From contig CAWJKZ010000018.1 in assembly GCA_963843575.1 (NCBI GenBank), positions 64,001 through 128,000 on the forward strand: 64,000 nt of DNA, written 5' to 3'. Position numbers and translations under genes: made by a program. Source of the DNA: an uncultured Acidobacteriota bacterium. GTDB taxonomy: Bacteria > Acidobacteriota > UBA6911. Shown in pieces: positions 40,988 through 52,200 of the stretch; position 1 is the first letter of the stretch; the number at the start of each line of letters is the position of its first letter. A model generated the notes under the pieces. That model saw only the letters and a list, made by a program, of their open reading frames with translations. It was not told where the DNA came from and ran no database searches.

Positions 40988-42086
40988 TCAGTTGCCGACC
41001 ATCGAGGCGCCGAAGAAGCTCAACACGTCGCCGATCGGGTTTGCCACGGCCAGGGAACTGCTGCCCGCAAAGAGGAGTCCGATGGGTTTCGGGTTGGCGG
41101 ACACGTCCTGGACGAGCAGCGAGCCGGAGTCGCCGCTGTTGAGGAACGCGCTCCCCTTGTTGCCGACGATGATCTGGCCCGTGAACGTCTTGGTGAAGGC
41201 GGCGCCGCCGGCGCACTCGTTGTCGTAGGCGACGGTGACGGTGGCGTTGAGCCCGCTGACTTGGCCGCGGGTGAGGCCGGTCGTGCGGCCGCTCTTTTTG
41301 ACCTTCTGTTTCATGGATGCCGTGGCCGTCTGTGCCGAGACCGTGCCGATTTCGAGGATCGCTCCGTCGGGCCTCACCATCCCGGGGACGACCCGGGCCA
41401 TCGAGGCGTCGATGTTGGCGCCGGGCAGAGCCCAGCTCTGGACGAGCGTGCCGACGGTGCATGGTGCCGACCGAGCCGCAGGCGGCATCGATCAGGCCGG
41501 GCTGGATGATCGGGTCGCCGGTCGCGGCGGTGCGGCTGTTGCCGCCCGCCACGATGTCGGCCTCGAAGACGTGGTAGTTGCTCAGCAGGTGAGGACTCCC
41601 GCCGATCGAAACCAGGGCCCCGATGGTGCCTCCGCAGCAATAGCCGTTGGCCCGATCGTAGGCCCATCCACCGGAGGTCCCCAGCTGGATCGGGGCAGCC
41701 TGGGCGGCCGTGTGCGGCGTTCCGGCGCTCCGGACGGACTTGCCCATCATGGAACGGAACGGTTCGGTGAACTGCAGCGAGACGCGGGTCCCGGCGATGC
41801 CGGCCGGGAGGTTCCGCGCGGTCTTGTCCGGGTTTTTCCCCTGCGCGTTGACGAAGACGAGGATCGTGATTTCCCCGTCGTCGTCCTGGCCCACGGCCGT
41901 CCCGAGTACGTCTCCGTAGCGCATCAGGGCCGGCGTGGCCGCCTCTTGCACCTCGAGGACCCGGCGGACCTTCGGGTGCTTCGGGGTCAGCTCGCCGTCG
42001 GGATCCTGGGCGGCGACGGCCAGGGTGACAAGGGCAAGTGCAAAAGCGAAAAGCGCGGCTGAAACTCGTTTGAGAAGGGTGCTCAT
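40988..42086 (-). pseudogene. Secreted trypsin-like (S1, Nal1-like) serine protease with one +1 frameshift near 41460 (possibly sequencing error)
   Basis: Signal peptide MSTLLKRVSAALFAF; triad motifs LLSNYHV, NIDASMA and SGDSGS; KSGRTTGLT. The His motif and the Asp/Ser motifs are in different frames. Confidence 0.8.
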
Positions 42087-42396
42087 GTTCTCTCCGGTTC
42101 GTGATCGAGGAACGGCCCTGGTGGAGGTGGAACCCGCAGTGCGGATTGGACCTCCACCCGGTGATCGACCGCAGCGGCCAGCCGTGCAGGCGGTCAACGG
42201 ACGCCAGCTCGACTGGGTTGAACGTGCGGTCACCGCCGGCACGTTGGCGGGGGATCGAGTTGACCACCCCGGTGCAGCGTGAAGGTAATTTACCGGTGCG
42301 GGCGCAGTCAATTCGCGGGAATACTCATTTCAGGCTGCGTAGATTTACCCAATTGCCCGTGGCGACAGCTGCGCGGCCTGCAAGGGCACTTCGGCG

Positions 42397-42852
42397 TCAG
42401 TGGCTGGAACTGTTCGGCGGACAGTTGCCGCGGGGGCCGGCGGCTGGACTGCGGAAATACTTCGACACGTAATTGCGGCCGGCCAGCACGTCGGAGATGG
42501 CGGGGAGAAGCTCGAGGTCGATGACGTCCTTGAGGACGTAACCCTCGGCGCCGGCCGAAATCGCCTCCTGGAGATATTCCCGTTCCTTGTGTATCGACAG
42601 GATCAGGATCTTCACTTCCGGGTGCTGCGCTTTTATCCTGCGCGCAACCTCCATCCCGTGGACTTTCGGCATGGTGATGTCGAGGATCACCAGGTCCGGA
42701 CTCGCGCGGTCGTCTTCCATCATCTGAAGCAGCGCCAGCCCATCGGCGACTTCCCCGACCACGTCGAGGTCCTGTTCCGCGGCGACCAGCTTTCTAACGT
42801 ACTCCCGGATCATCGGGTGGTCGTCGGCCAGTACCAGACGGAGCGCGCACAT
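42397..42852 (-). CDS. Stand-alone NarL-type receiver protein (no HTH)
   Basis: LADDH, ILDITMP, ILSIH, GYVLK; ends shortly after YVS. Confidence 0.85.
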   Translation of the reverse strand: MCALRLVLADDHPMIREYVRKLVAAEQDLDVVGEVADGLALLQMMEDDRASPDLVILDITMPKVHGMEVARRIKAQHPEVKILILSIHKEREYLQEAISAGAEGYVLKDVIDLELLPAISDVLAGRNYVSKYFRSPAAGPRGNCPPNSSSH

Positions 42853-42947
42853 GGGGTCATTATCGGGCGAAGGGGTGGCGGAGGGAAGTTGTGAAAGTAC
42901 CCAATTAGCAATGGGTATTAATACTCACTGCTCGGGTGGGCCGCTTG

Positions 42948-43103
42948 TGGAGTGCGGCGGCTCGACGCCGCTTTGGTGGCGGCGCCTTGGCGCCACCAAA
43001 GGCCGAGGTCGCAGTCGCATCTCGCAATTCGGGCGTGGCGCCGAGGCGCCGAGCATTCCTGCCGTAGGACGAGTGGAAAGCGGCGCCGAGGCGCCGCACT
43101 CCA
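42948..43103. repeat. REP-like inverted pair of nested palindromes
   Basis: tggagtgcggcggctcgacgccgcttt (42948-42974) and aaagcggcgccgaggcgccgcactcca (43077-43103) are near reverse complements, and each is itself a hairpin. Confidence 0.75.
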
Positions 43104-43109
43104 GATTCG

Positions 43110-43757
43110 TCAGATGAAGCCCTTCTTGATGGCGTACTTGACAAGGTCGGCGGTCTTGTTGACCTGCAGCTTCGCCATGGCGTTGGCGCGGTGTCGCTCG
43201 ACGGTCCTGGAGCTGATGAAGAGGATTTTCCCGATCTCTTTGCTGGATTTCCCCTCCGCGATGAGTTTGAGCACCTCCCGCTCGCGCAGGGAAAGGGGTT
43301 CGGTGGTGAGGGCGGGGCGCTTGCCGCGGCGCATCTGGGCCCAGTCGTTGCGCGACTCGTCCGCAAGGAACCGGGATATGTAGATCTTGCCCTCCAGAAT
43401 CATATCGATGGCCAGGAAGAGGTCTCTTTCGGCGTCTTCCTTCAAGAGATACCCGTCGGCCCCGGCCGAGATTGCCTCGTTCAGGTAGTCCTGGTCCTTG
43501 TGCATGGTCAGGATGAGGATCTTGGCGGCCGGGCGCATCCGCTTGATTTCGGGGATGGCCTCGATGCCGCGCAGGTGCGGCATCGAGATGTCCAGCAGCA
43601 CCAGATCCGGGTCGGCGGTGCGCAGCAATTCGAGCAGTTCGGGGCCGTTGCCCGCCTCGCCCGCGATCTCGAGGTCTGACCGTTCGGAGAGGATCTTTTG
43701 CAGTCCCTGCCGCAGCAGCAGGTGGTCGTCGGCGAGCACGATCCGGTGTCTGGTCAT
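43110..43757 (-). CDS. NarL/LuxR-family DNA-binding response regulator
   Basis: LADDH, LLDISMP, LSLREREVLKLIAEGKSSKEI, TVERHR; ATGA overlap with the upstream kinase. Confidence 0.95.
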   Translation of the reverse strand: MTRHRIVLADDHLLLRQGLQKILSERSDLEIAGEAGNGPELLELLRTADPDLVLLDISMPHLRGIEAIPEIKRMRPAAKILILTMHKDQDYLNEAISAGADGYLLKEDAERDLFLAIDMILEGKIYISRFLADESRNDWAQMRRGKRPALTTEPLSLREREVLKLIAEGKSSKEIGKILFISSRTVERHRANAMAKLQVNKTADLVKYAIKKGFI

Positions 43758-46438
43758 TCCGCCTTTTCCTGCCTGGCGATAGGTATTGAGATCTGGACAG
43801 TGGTGCCCGCGGCGGGCCTGCTCGTGATCTGGAGGGTCCCGTCGAGCATGCGCACGCGTTCACGCATGATCGTGAGCCCGAGGCTCGGGGTGGCCGGCTG
43901 GGTATTCGGACGAAGCCCGGAGCCGTCGTCAGTAATGAGGCACTCGATGGCGGTGGCGGATGCCTTGAGGCTAACGGCCACGGTGTGCGCGCCTGCGTGG
44001 CGGGCGACGTTGGTGAGCGCCTCCTGGACGACGCGGTACAGGGTGATGTGACGGTCGCGCGGCAGCAGGGGGTCGACGCCATCCAACTCGGTCGTGACCT
44101 CGATGCCGGTGGCCCGGGCAAGATCGTGCCCGAGCCTCCTCAACGCGGCCGAGAGCCCGAGGTCCTCCAGGATGCTCGGGCTGAGGTCGCGCGACAGCCG
44201 GCGCACGCTGTCGATCATGTCGTCGATATACGACCGCATCCCGTCGCATTCGACCTGGAGGTCGCGCTGCTCGGCCGGGAGTTTTTTCACGAAGGAGCCG
44301 AGCCGCAGTTTCAGCAGCGTCATCGACTGCCCGAGTTCGTCGTGCAGTTCCCTGGAGATGCGGCTGCGTTCGGTTTCCTGCGCCGTCAGGAGCTGGGCGG
44401 AGAGGAACCGCAATTCCTCTTCCGAGGCGCGCAAGGCCTCCTCGGACCGTTTGCGCTCGGTGATGTCGTGGAAGAGCTCGAGCTTTCCGATACTGCCGTC
44501 TTGGGTTTCGACGGGTGTGTCGAACAGGTCGTAAGTCTTGCCGGTTTTCGGGGAAGTCCACTCCCAGTGCACGTCGGATCCCGAAAATGCCGGAAGGCTG
44601 GGACACGAGGGGCAGGATTCGTCCATCCCCTTGAAATACTCGTGGCACGTGCGCCCGTCGACGGGTCCAAACTCCTTTTCGAGCCAGGGATTTTTGTATT
44701 CGATCTCGTTGCGTCGGTTGGCGATGTAGATGCCTTGGGGCATGGCGTCCAGGATGCGCTTGAGCTTGTTGCGCTCCTCCTGCACCGCCTGCTCCATGCG
44801 GAGGCGCTCTGTGATGTCGGTTCCCAGTTCCATCACGAGCCGGACGTTGTCGCGCAGGTCGAACGGGTAGTGATAGACGTGGTATTGCCGCCCCTCCGGC
44901 GAAGTCCAGACGCGCTCGGCGGCGGTGTTAGCCCTGAGGACCCTCAAGGTCGGGCAGTCCTCGCACGGCTCGTCGCGTCGCGCCATGACGGTGTAGCACG
45001 GGTTGACGCCGGCATCCCCGAAGATCTCGCGGAACCGGCGGTTGGTGAATTTTACGGAACAGTCTTCGCCGTGCAGGCAGACGAAGGAGGGGAGCCCGTC
45101 CAGGATTTTGAAGAGACGCTGCCGTTCCGAATCGAGCTCCTCGTTGAGGCCTGCCAGCTGTGCCGTGCGCTCGAGGACGCGCTGTTCCAGCTGGTCGTGG
45201 GCCCGCTTGAGCCCTTCCTGTGCCCTGATGCGTTCGATCGCGGGACCGAGCTGCCCGGCTGCGACCTTGACCAGGTCCATCAACGGCAGCATCGCCCTCG
45301 AGTCGGGCAGCCCCGCTAGGTGAATCACTCCCAGTTTGCGCGGGCCCACGCGGATCGGGGCGAGTGCGACGCCGTCGAACCCCTGCGCTCGGCAGGCGTT
45401 CCTGATCCATTGTTCGCGTTGTGGCGGGGACATCGAAACCGCGTCAGATGTTTCGAAGACGCCGGGATCAAAATCGGCGAAGGCGGTGTGTGCCAGTCTC
45501 CCGGCTTCGTCCCAGGTCCAGATGCCCGCAGCGGAACAGCCGGTCAGGCTCCTGATCTTGGCGACGCACTCCTGAAGCAGCGGCTTCACTTCCAGGTGCC
45601 GGTTGGCCAGCATCAGGAACTCGTTGGAGACCTGCAGCACTCGCTGCGTTCTCTTCAGCTCGGAGATGTCGCGCCAGGCCACGACCCCGCCCGTTATTGC
45701 GCCCTGGTCGTCCCGGATCGGCGCGGCGTTGCAGAGCGCGGTGATGACCGAACCGTCGGCCCGGTGCAGGACCCATTCCTCGTTGGTGACTACCTCGCCG
45801 TAGCGCGTGGCCCGCGTGAGCGGGAGCTGCGCCACCGGCGCGGGCTCGCCGGTCGGAGGGGAGCCTTCCCATGCTTCGTGCGCCGGCCGCGCCATATTTT
45901 CCCCCAAACTGGCCCCGCGCAGCATCTCGAGCCCGTACTTGCTGCTGCGCTGTATCGCGGCGTCGGAGGCGTCCGCAATGGTGATCCCCTCCGGGATGTG
46001 TTCCAGCAACGCGTCGAGGGCTCTCTCGTGTTTGCGTGTCTGCTCCAGGTTGCGGCGCAACCGAATCAGCGCGTTAATGGTCGCAATCAGGAGCTCGGGC
46101 TCAACCGGATCGGCCACATAGCTGTCGGCCCCGGAGCCGAGTCCCTGGAGCCTGTCGCTCGAGTGGATGAACTTGGACGAAATTTGCACGACCAGGGTCG
46201 AGGCCGTGCCTGGTTCTGACTTAATCCGGCTGCACACCTCGATCCCCGAGATGTCGGGAAGGCTGACGTCGAGCAGGGCTACCTCCGGGCGCTCGCTCGC
46301 GACGAGCCGGAGAGCCTCCAGCCCCGTGTGCGCCTCGATGACCCGGAACCCGGCGTTGCGCAGGATGAAGCTCCTCATATACAGGACGTCTTCGTTGTCG
46401 TCCACGTTCAGGACGGTGGCGGTCGGTTGCGAGGACAT
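43754..46438 (-). CDS. Hybrid sensor kinase REC-PAS-GAF-like-PAS-PAS-HisKA_3-HATPase
   Basis: LNVDD...LLDVSLPD, PAS/PAC segments, ISRELHDELGQ, QEALTNVARHA, DDGSG, LGLTIMRER. Confidence 0.92.
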   Translation of the reverse strand: MSSQPTATVLNVDDNEDVLYMRSFILRNAGFRVIEAHTGLEALRLVASERPEVALLDVSLPDISGIEVCSRIKSEPGTASTLVVQISSKFIHSSDRLQGLGSGADSYVADPVEPELLIATINALIRLRRNLEQTRKHERALDALLEHIPEGITIADASDAAIQRSSKYGLEMLRGASLGENMARPAHEAWEGSPPTGEPAPVAQLPLTRATRYGEVVTNEEWVLHRADGSVITALCNAAPIRDDQGAITGGVVAWRDISELKRTQRVLQVSNEFLMLANRHLEVKPLLQECVAKIRSLTGCSAAGIWTWDEAGRLAHTAFADFDPGVFETSDAVSMSPPQREQWIRNACRAQGFDGVALAPIRVGPRKLGVIHLAGLPDSRAMLPLMDLVKVAAGQLGPAIERIRAQEGLKRAHDQLEQRVLERTAQLAGLNEELDSERQRLFKILDGLPSFVCLHGEDCSVKFTNRRFREIFGDAGVNPCYTVMARRDEPCEDCPTLRVLRANTAAERVWTSPEGRQYHVYHYPFDLRDNVRLVMELGTDITERLRMEQAVQEERNKLKRILDAMPQGIYIANRRNEIEYKNPWLEKEFGPVDGRTCHEYFKGMDESCPSCPSLPAFSGSDVHWEWTSPKTGKTYDLFDTPVETQDGSIGKLELFHDITERKRSEEALRASEEELRFLSAQLLTAQETERSRISRELHDELGQSMTLLKLRLGSFVKKLPAEQRDLQVECDGMRSYIDDMIDSVRRLSRDLSPSILEDLGLSAALRRLGHDLARATGIEVTTELDGVDPLLPRDRHITLYRVVQEALTNVARHAGAHTVAVSLKASATAIECLITDDGSGLRPNTQPATPSLGLTIMRERVRMLDGTLQITSRPAAGTTVQISIPIARQEKAE

Positions 46439-46762
46439 CTGGACTCCGTGTGGAGGGTGGACATCATTATCTCACTGGAACTTCTGAAGTCAAATGCGGT
46501 TCGGGCCTGCGTGCGGGTTCGTGCCCGCGTCGCCGATCCTGCAATCCACGGAGCCTTTGCGGCGGATCCCGCAGCTCACCTGAAGGAATATCTAATGGAC
46601 TAATAAGCTTCGGCGTCGTGCGTCTATCCAACCACCGGGCCTCGGACTGGGTATTTCTACTTACCGCGGCTTGGGTGTTTGTGCGGATTGATCGGGGTCG
46701 CCTCCGGGCCGACAATGAGCCCACGGGTGAGGAGGCGGTCGCGTTTGCGGAAAATAGTGAAT

Positions 46763-47356
46763 ATGGTTCCGTCCAGATCGACGATCCGGTTGCTCAAAGC
46801 CTTCGTCGTCGTCGCGGCCGTGACGGCCGTGTGCGCCGTTGTTGGCCTGCGCGACCGCACCCGCCCTGCTCCCCACGGTGAGAGCGCCGCCGCGACCCCA
46901 GCCGCCGCCGCCGCCCCTGGCGTCGAGACGCCGGATCACGAGCTGAAGGTCCTGGAGGCCGCCGCGCGCAAGAAGCCCGGGCACGCGCCGGTTCTGTTCA
47001 GGCTGGCCACCCTGGCCGAGGCGGCGGGCCGCGCGGAGGATGCACGGAAATACCTGGAGCAGATCCTGCGGGGGGAGCCGCAAAACCTGGAGGCCAGGCT
47101 CGAACTCGGGAAGGTGATGTTCGGGGCGGGCGACGTCGCCGCGGCCCTGACGCAAACCAACCTTGTCCTGAAGAGCCACCCCGATCACCCGGACGCGCTC
47201 TACAACCTCGGCGCGATCTACGGCAACCTGGGCGACGAGCGCCTGGCCCGGGAGAACTGGATGCGGCTTCTTGCGACCAGCCCCTCGAGCGAAAGCGGCA
47301 GGCGCGCACGGCAGGCCCTCGACCGGCTGGGGGGTGGTCCCGGGGACCGCCCATGA
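46763..47356 (+). CDS. Membrane-anchored/exported TPR-repeat protein
   Basis: N-terminal hydrophobic helix, PQNLEARLELG, HPDALYNLGAIY; ATGA overlap with the next gene; start uncertain. Confidence 0.8.
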   Translation: MVPSRSTIRLLKAFVVVAAVTAVCAVVGLRDRTRPAPHGESAAATPAAAAAPGVETPDHELKVLEAAARKKPGHAPVLFRLATLAEAAGRAEDARKYLEQILRGEPQNLEARLELGKVMFGAGDVAAALTQTNLVLKSHPDHPDALYNLGAIYGNLGDERLARENWMRLLATSPSSESGRRARQALDRLGGGPGDRP

Positions 47357-49287
47357 TGCGCCCGGTCGCGTGGACTGCGGTCGTGGGACTGCTGCTGTCC
47401 TGCGGCGCCCCCGTGTGGGCGCAGATCTCGCCGGGGCCGCTGTCGCAAGCCCACGCCTCTCTGAGCGGCCCGTCGCACTGCGTCGACTGCCACGACGTGG
47501 CGAAGCATCCGCCGGAATACAAGTGCCTGGGATGCCACAACGAAATCCGGCAGCGCCTGGACGAACGCAGAGGACTGCATCCCTCCGAGGTTGGGCAGGA
47601 CCGCACCGGCCGGAGCTGCGTCCGATGCCACTCCGACCACAACGGCCGCGATTTCAACCTCATTCACTGGGACACCGCGGTGGAGAGATTCGATCACCAT
47701 CGTGCCGCGTATGCGCTCGAGGGCAGGCACGCCGGGCTCCCTTGCCGGGCCTGCCACAAACCCGAGCACATCGCCGACCCCGCCGCCCTCAAGACCCGCG
47801 ACCTGGCACGCACCTTCCTTGGCCTGTCGCGACAGTGCGCGTCGTGCCACACCGACGAACACCGGCGGCAGTTGCCCGGCGCGTGCGAGCGCTGCCACAA
47901 TTTCAGGGGGTGGAAAGTCGATCTGAACTTCGACCATGCCAGCGCGAGATTCCAGCTCGACGGGGCGCACGCGCGTGTCGCGTGCGAACGCTGTCACCAC
48001 AGGAGCCAGGACTCCAAGCCCTTTACCCTGTACCGCGGCCTCGACCACAGTCAGTGCTCCTCGTGTCACCGCGATCCGCACCGCGGCTCTTTCCGGGCCG
48101 AGTGCGCGTCCTGCCACTCCACCCGGAACTGGGCGCCGAACCAGGTCGCCTCGGCTTTCGATCACGCCAAGACCGTCTTTCCCCTCAAGGGGAAGCACGT
48201 CGGCCTCGCCTGCCGCTCGTGCCATTCCCAGCCTGACTTCAAGCAGCCCGTGGCCCACGGCCAGTGCGCCGATTGCCACAGGAAGGACCCGCACGGCGGG
48301 CAGTTCGAGCGCCGGGCCGACCGCGGTTCCTGTTCCTCCTGCCACTCGGAGGAGGGATTCAAACCGGCGACCTTCTCTGTCCCCGACCACCAGCGGACGC
48401 GCTTTGCGCTTGAGGGCAAGCACCTTGACGTTGCCTGCGCGAAGTGCCACGTCCCGCGCGGGGCCGACACGGTCTATGCCATGGTTGAGCAGTCGTGCGC
48501 CTCGTGTCACAAGGACCCGCACGGTGGGCAGTTCCAGGGGCCGCCGCACCAGAACCGCTGCGAGCACTGTCACACGACCAGGGGCTTCCGGCCCTCGACC
48601 TTTACCCTCACGCAACACCGCCAGACCGGGTTTGCCCTGACCGGGAGCCACCAGGCCGTGGCGTGCGTCGAGTGCCACGCCGGCTCCGGCTCGACGAGCG
48701 CGAGATACCGGTTTCAGGACACCGGATGCACCGCCTGCCACCGCGACCCTCACCAGGGGGAATTCGCGGCGCGCACCGCCGCATTGCGACCCGATGGCAG
48801 ACCGGCAGGGTGCGAGTCGTGCCACAACACCCTGACCTGGCGCGATCTGTCTAAGTTCGACCACGCCTCGACCCGTTTCGCGCTGCGGGGGATCCATCGT
48901 GGCCTGGCGTGCGAACAATGCCACAAGTCGACGACCTTCAAACCGGGCCTGAGCGGCGCCCTGTTCCGCTCGACGCCCCGCGAGTGCTCCGGGTGCCACG
49001 AGGACCCCCACGGAGGGCAGTTCAGCGGGAACAGCGACTGCGGCCGCTGCCACAACTTGGTGAAGTGGAAGCCGTCGCTCTTCGACCACGCAAAGGACTC
49101 CACCTACTCGCTGCAGGGGGCGCACCAACAGGTCCGCTGCGGGCTCTGCCACGTCAAGCAGAGCGCACCGTCAGGCCGCCCCATCCTGGTATACCGTGGC
49201 ACGCCCCGCACGTGCGGGGCGTGCCACGGACCCGGGTCCCCGCAGCTGACCGGCAGCCTGGAGACGGGAGGGTCGGCGACGCCATGA
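47353..49287 (+). CDS. Exported multiheme cytochrome c, 23 CxxCH motifs
   Basis: 23 CxxCH counted by hand in 644 aa; signal peptide, SPGPLSQAH start, repeated FDH-x3-FxLxGxH and DPH distal-His motifs. Confidence 0.95.
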   Translation: MMRPVAWTAVVGLLLSCGAPVWAQISPGPLSQAHASLSGPSHCVDCHDVAKHPPEYKCLGCHNEIRQRLDERRGLHPSEVGQDRTGRSCVRCHSDHNGRDFNLIHWDTAVERFDHHRAAYALEGRHAGLPCRACHKPEHIADPAALKTRDLARTFLGLSRQCASCHTDEHRRQLPGACERCHNFRGWKVDLNFDHASARFQLDGAHARVACERCHHRSQDSKPFTLYRGLDHSQCSSCHRDPHRGSFRAECASCHSTRNWAPNQVASAFDHAKTVFPLKGKHVGLACRSCHSQPDFKQPVAHGQCADCHRKDPHGGQFERRADRGSCSSCHSEEGFKPATFSVPDHQRTRFALEGKHLDVACAKCHVPRGADTVYAMVEQSCASCHKDPHGGQFQGPPHQNRCEHCHTTRGFRPSTFTLTQHRQTGFALTGSHQAVACVECHAGSGSTSARYRFQDTGCTACHRDPHQGEFAARTAALRPDGRPAGCESCHNTLTWRDLSKFDHASTRFALRGIHRGLACEQCHKSTTFKPGLSGALFRSTPRECSGCHEDPHGGQFSGNSDCGRCHNLVKWKPSLFDHAKDSTYSLQGAHQQVRCGLCHVKQSAPSGRPILVYRGTPRTCGACHGPGSPQLTGSLETGGSATP

Positions 49288-52200
49288 TCCATCGCGTCCA
49301 GACACAGTCACGCTGCCTGCCGCCGTGCACGGTCCCGGTCCTCCTCGGAGTGCTCGGGGTCCTGCTCTCCCTGGCGGCCACGGCTCCGGTGGCCGCCAGC
49401 CAGGAACAGGCGCGCGGACGCACGCGCAACCCGCACGGCCCCCTGCATATCGCCTGCGAGAACTGCCACACATCCACCAGCTGGAGCCCGATCCGGCCGT
49501 CACCCGATTTCTCGCACCGGGAGACGCGCTTCCCGCTGCGCGGGCTGCACACGAACGTCGCCTGCCGACTCTGCCACGTGCGGCTGGAGTTCAGCGACGT
49601 GGGAACACGGTGCGCCGACTGCCACGCCGACATCCACCGGCGCCAGTTCGGCGGCGACTGCGGGCAATGTCACACCGTCCGCGGCTGGAAGGTCACCTCC
49701 CAGGCCATCAAAGGGCACCAGAACCGTTTCCCCTTGCTGGGAGCGCACGCCTCGACCGAGTGCCAGTCCTGCCACAAGAACGCGGCGGCCGGGCAGTTTT
49801 TGGGTCTCAGTACCGAATGCTCGTCCTGTCACCTGAAGGACTACCAGGCGGCGCGCAACCCCGATCACAAGGCGGCAAATCTCCCGGCGACCTGCGCCTC
49901 CTGCCACCGGTTCGATTCGTGGACCGGCGTGGCCTTCGATCATGCCCGATTCACCGGGTTCGCCCTCAGCGGCGCCCACACGCGGCTGTCCTGCGCTGAG
50001 TGCCACACCGGCGGCCGGTATACCGGAACCCCGGCGAACTGTTTCAGCTGCCACGCCCGGGAATACACCTCGACCGGCGACCCCAGCCACACTGCTGCCG
50101 GCTTCCCGACCGATTGTTCAAAGTGCCACACGACGCTGTCGTGGGCCGGCGCTTCCTTTGACCACAACACGACCCGGTTCGCTTTGACCGGGGCCCACTC
50201 CAAGATCGCCAGCTGCACGGCGTGCCATGTCTCCGGACGATTTGCCGGAACTCCATCGGACTGCTACAGCTGCCACATCCGGGACTACGAACGCACCTCC
50301 AACCCCAATCACGGGAAGAGTTCCTTTTCCACCTCGTGCGCCACCTGCCATACGACCGCAGGCTGGGCCGGCGCAAAGTTCGACCACAGCCTCGCGCGCT
50401 TTGCGCTGACCGGCGCCCATCTGCAGGCTCCCTGCGCGTCCTGCCACAAGAACGGCCAATACACCGGCACCCCGGCCGATTGCGCAAGCTGTCACCTTGC
50501 CGACTTCAACGGCACGAAAGACCCAAACCACGCGGCCGCGGGCTTCCCGCAGACGTGCGAGACCTGCCACACGACGACGCAGTGGAAGGGGGCGAAGTTC
50601 GACCACAACACCGGAACGAAGTTCCCGCTGACGGGGGCGCACGCGCGGGTGGACTGCGCGTCGTGCCACAAGAACGGCCAGTACAAGGGGACGTCGACGG
50701 ATTGCGTCGGCTGCCACCTGGCCGATTTCAACGGCACGAAAGATCCGAACCACACGGCCGCGGGCTTCCCGCAGACGTGCGAGACCTGCCACACGACGAC
50801 GCAGTGGAAAGGGGCGAAGTTCGACCACAACACGGGAACGAAGTTCCCGCTGACGGGGGCGCACGCGCGGGTGGATTGCGCGTCCTGCCACAAAAACGGC
50901 CAGTACCGGGGAACGTCGACGGATTGCGTCGGCTGCCACCTGGCCGATTTCAACGGCACGAAAGATCCGAACCACACGGCCGCGGGCTTCCCGCAGACGT
51001 GCGAGACCTGCCACACGACGACGCAGTGGAAGGGGGCGAAGTTCGACCACAGCACGGGAACGAAGTTCCCGCTGACGGGGGCGCACGCGCGGGTGGATTG
51101 CGCGTCCTGCCACAAAAACGGCCAGTACCGGGGAACGTCGACGGATTGCGTCGGCTGCCACCTGGCCGATTTCAACGGCACGAAAGATCCGAACCACACG
51201 GCCGCGGGTTTCCCGCAGACGTGCGAGACCTGCCACACGACGACGCAGTGGAAGGGGGCGAAGTTCGACCACAGCACGGGAACGAAGTTCCCGCTGACGG
51301 GGGCGCACGCCCGGGTGGATTGCGCGTCGTGCCACAAAAACGGCCAGTACCGCGGGCTCCCTGCGAGCTGCGTGTCGTGTCACAGGGCCGCATACGACAG
51401 CACTACGAACCCGAACCACTCGGCAGCCGGTTTCCCGCAGGATTGCGCGGCGTGCCACGGCACCTCGCAGTGGAGTGGAGCCCGTTTCGACCACAACGCC
51501 GCGACGAAGTTCCCGCTGACCGGCGCTCACGTGGCCGTGTCCTGCAAGGAGTGCCACGCGGGGGACCGTTTCGCGGGCACACCCGCGGACTGCTACTCCT
51601 GCCACAGCGCCGCCTACACCGGAACGAAGAACCCGCCGCACGTGTCCTCGGGGTTCCCTCGGGACTGCACCCTGTGTCACTCCACCTCGGGCTGGCAGGG
51701 CGCCGTTTTCGACCACAGCCGGACGCGCTTCACGTTGACGGGTGCGCACACGACCGCCCAGTGCGTGCAATGCCACGTCAACAACGTGTTTGCAGGGACA
51801 CCCACCCAGTGTGTCGCCTGCCATCTTTCGGAATACGGCAAAACCACGAACCCGAATCACGCGGCCGCGGGTTTCCCGCAAGACTGCTCACTGTGCCACG
51901 CGACTACAGGCTGGCAGGGCGCGAAGTTCGACCACACCGCCACCAAGTTCCCGTTGACCGGGGCGCACGTCGCCGCGAGCTGTGCTGCTTGTCACTCCGG
52001 TGGCGTCTACGCCGGGCTGAACACCTCCTGCGTGTCGTGCCACCTGACGAATTTCAACAACACACGCAACCCGGACCATAAGGCCGGCGGTTTCCCCCAG
52101 CAGTGCGAAATCTGTCACGGCACGGCCGCCTGGACGCCTGCGTCCTTCGATCACGCCAGAACGGGGTTCCCGCTCACCGGGGCCCACACCTCGGTCCAGT

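Noticed and set aside
48909-49283. N-terminal 125 aa of the 1223-aa ORF
   Set aside because: Overlaps the upstream cytochrome; the signal peptide and ATGA coupling place the start at 49284.
50433-51352. CRISPR array
   Set aside because: Units are 222 bp, contiguous, in frame and lack unique spacers; no cas genes are present.
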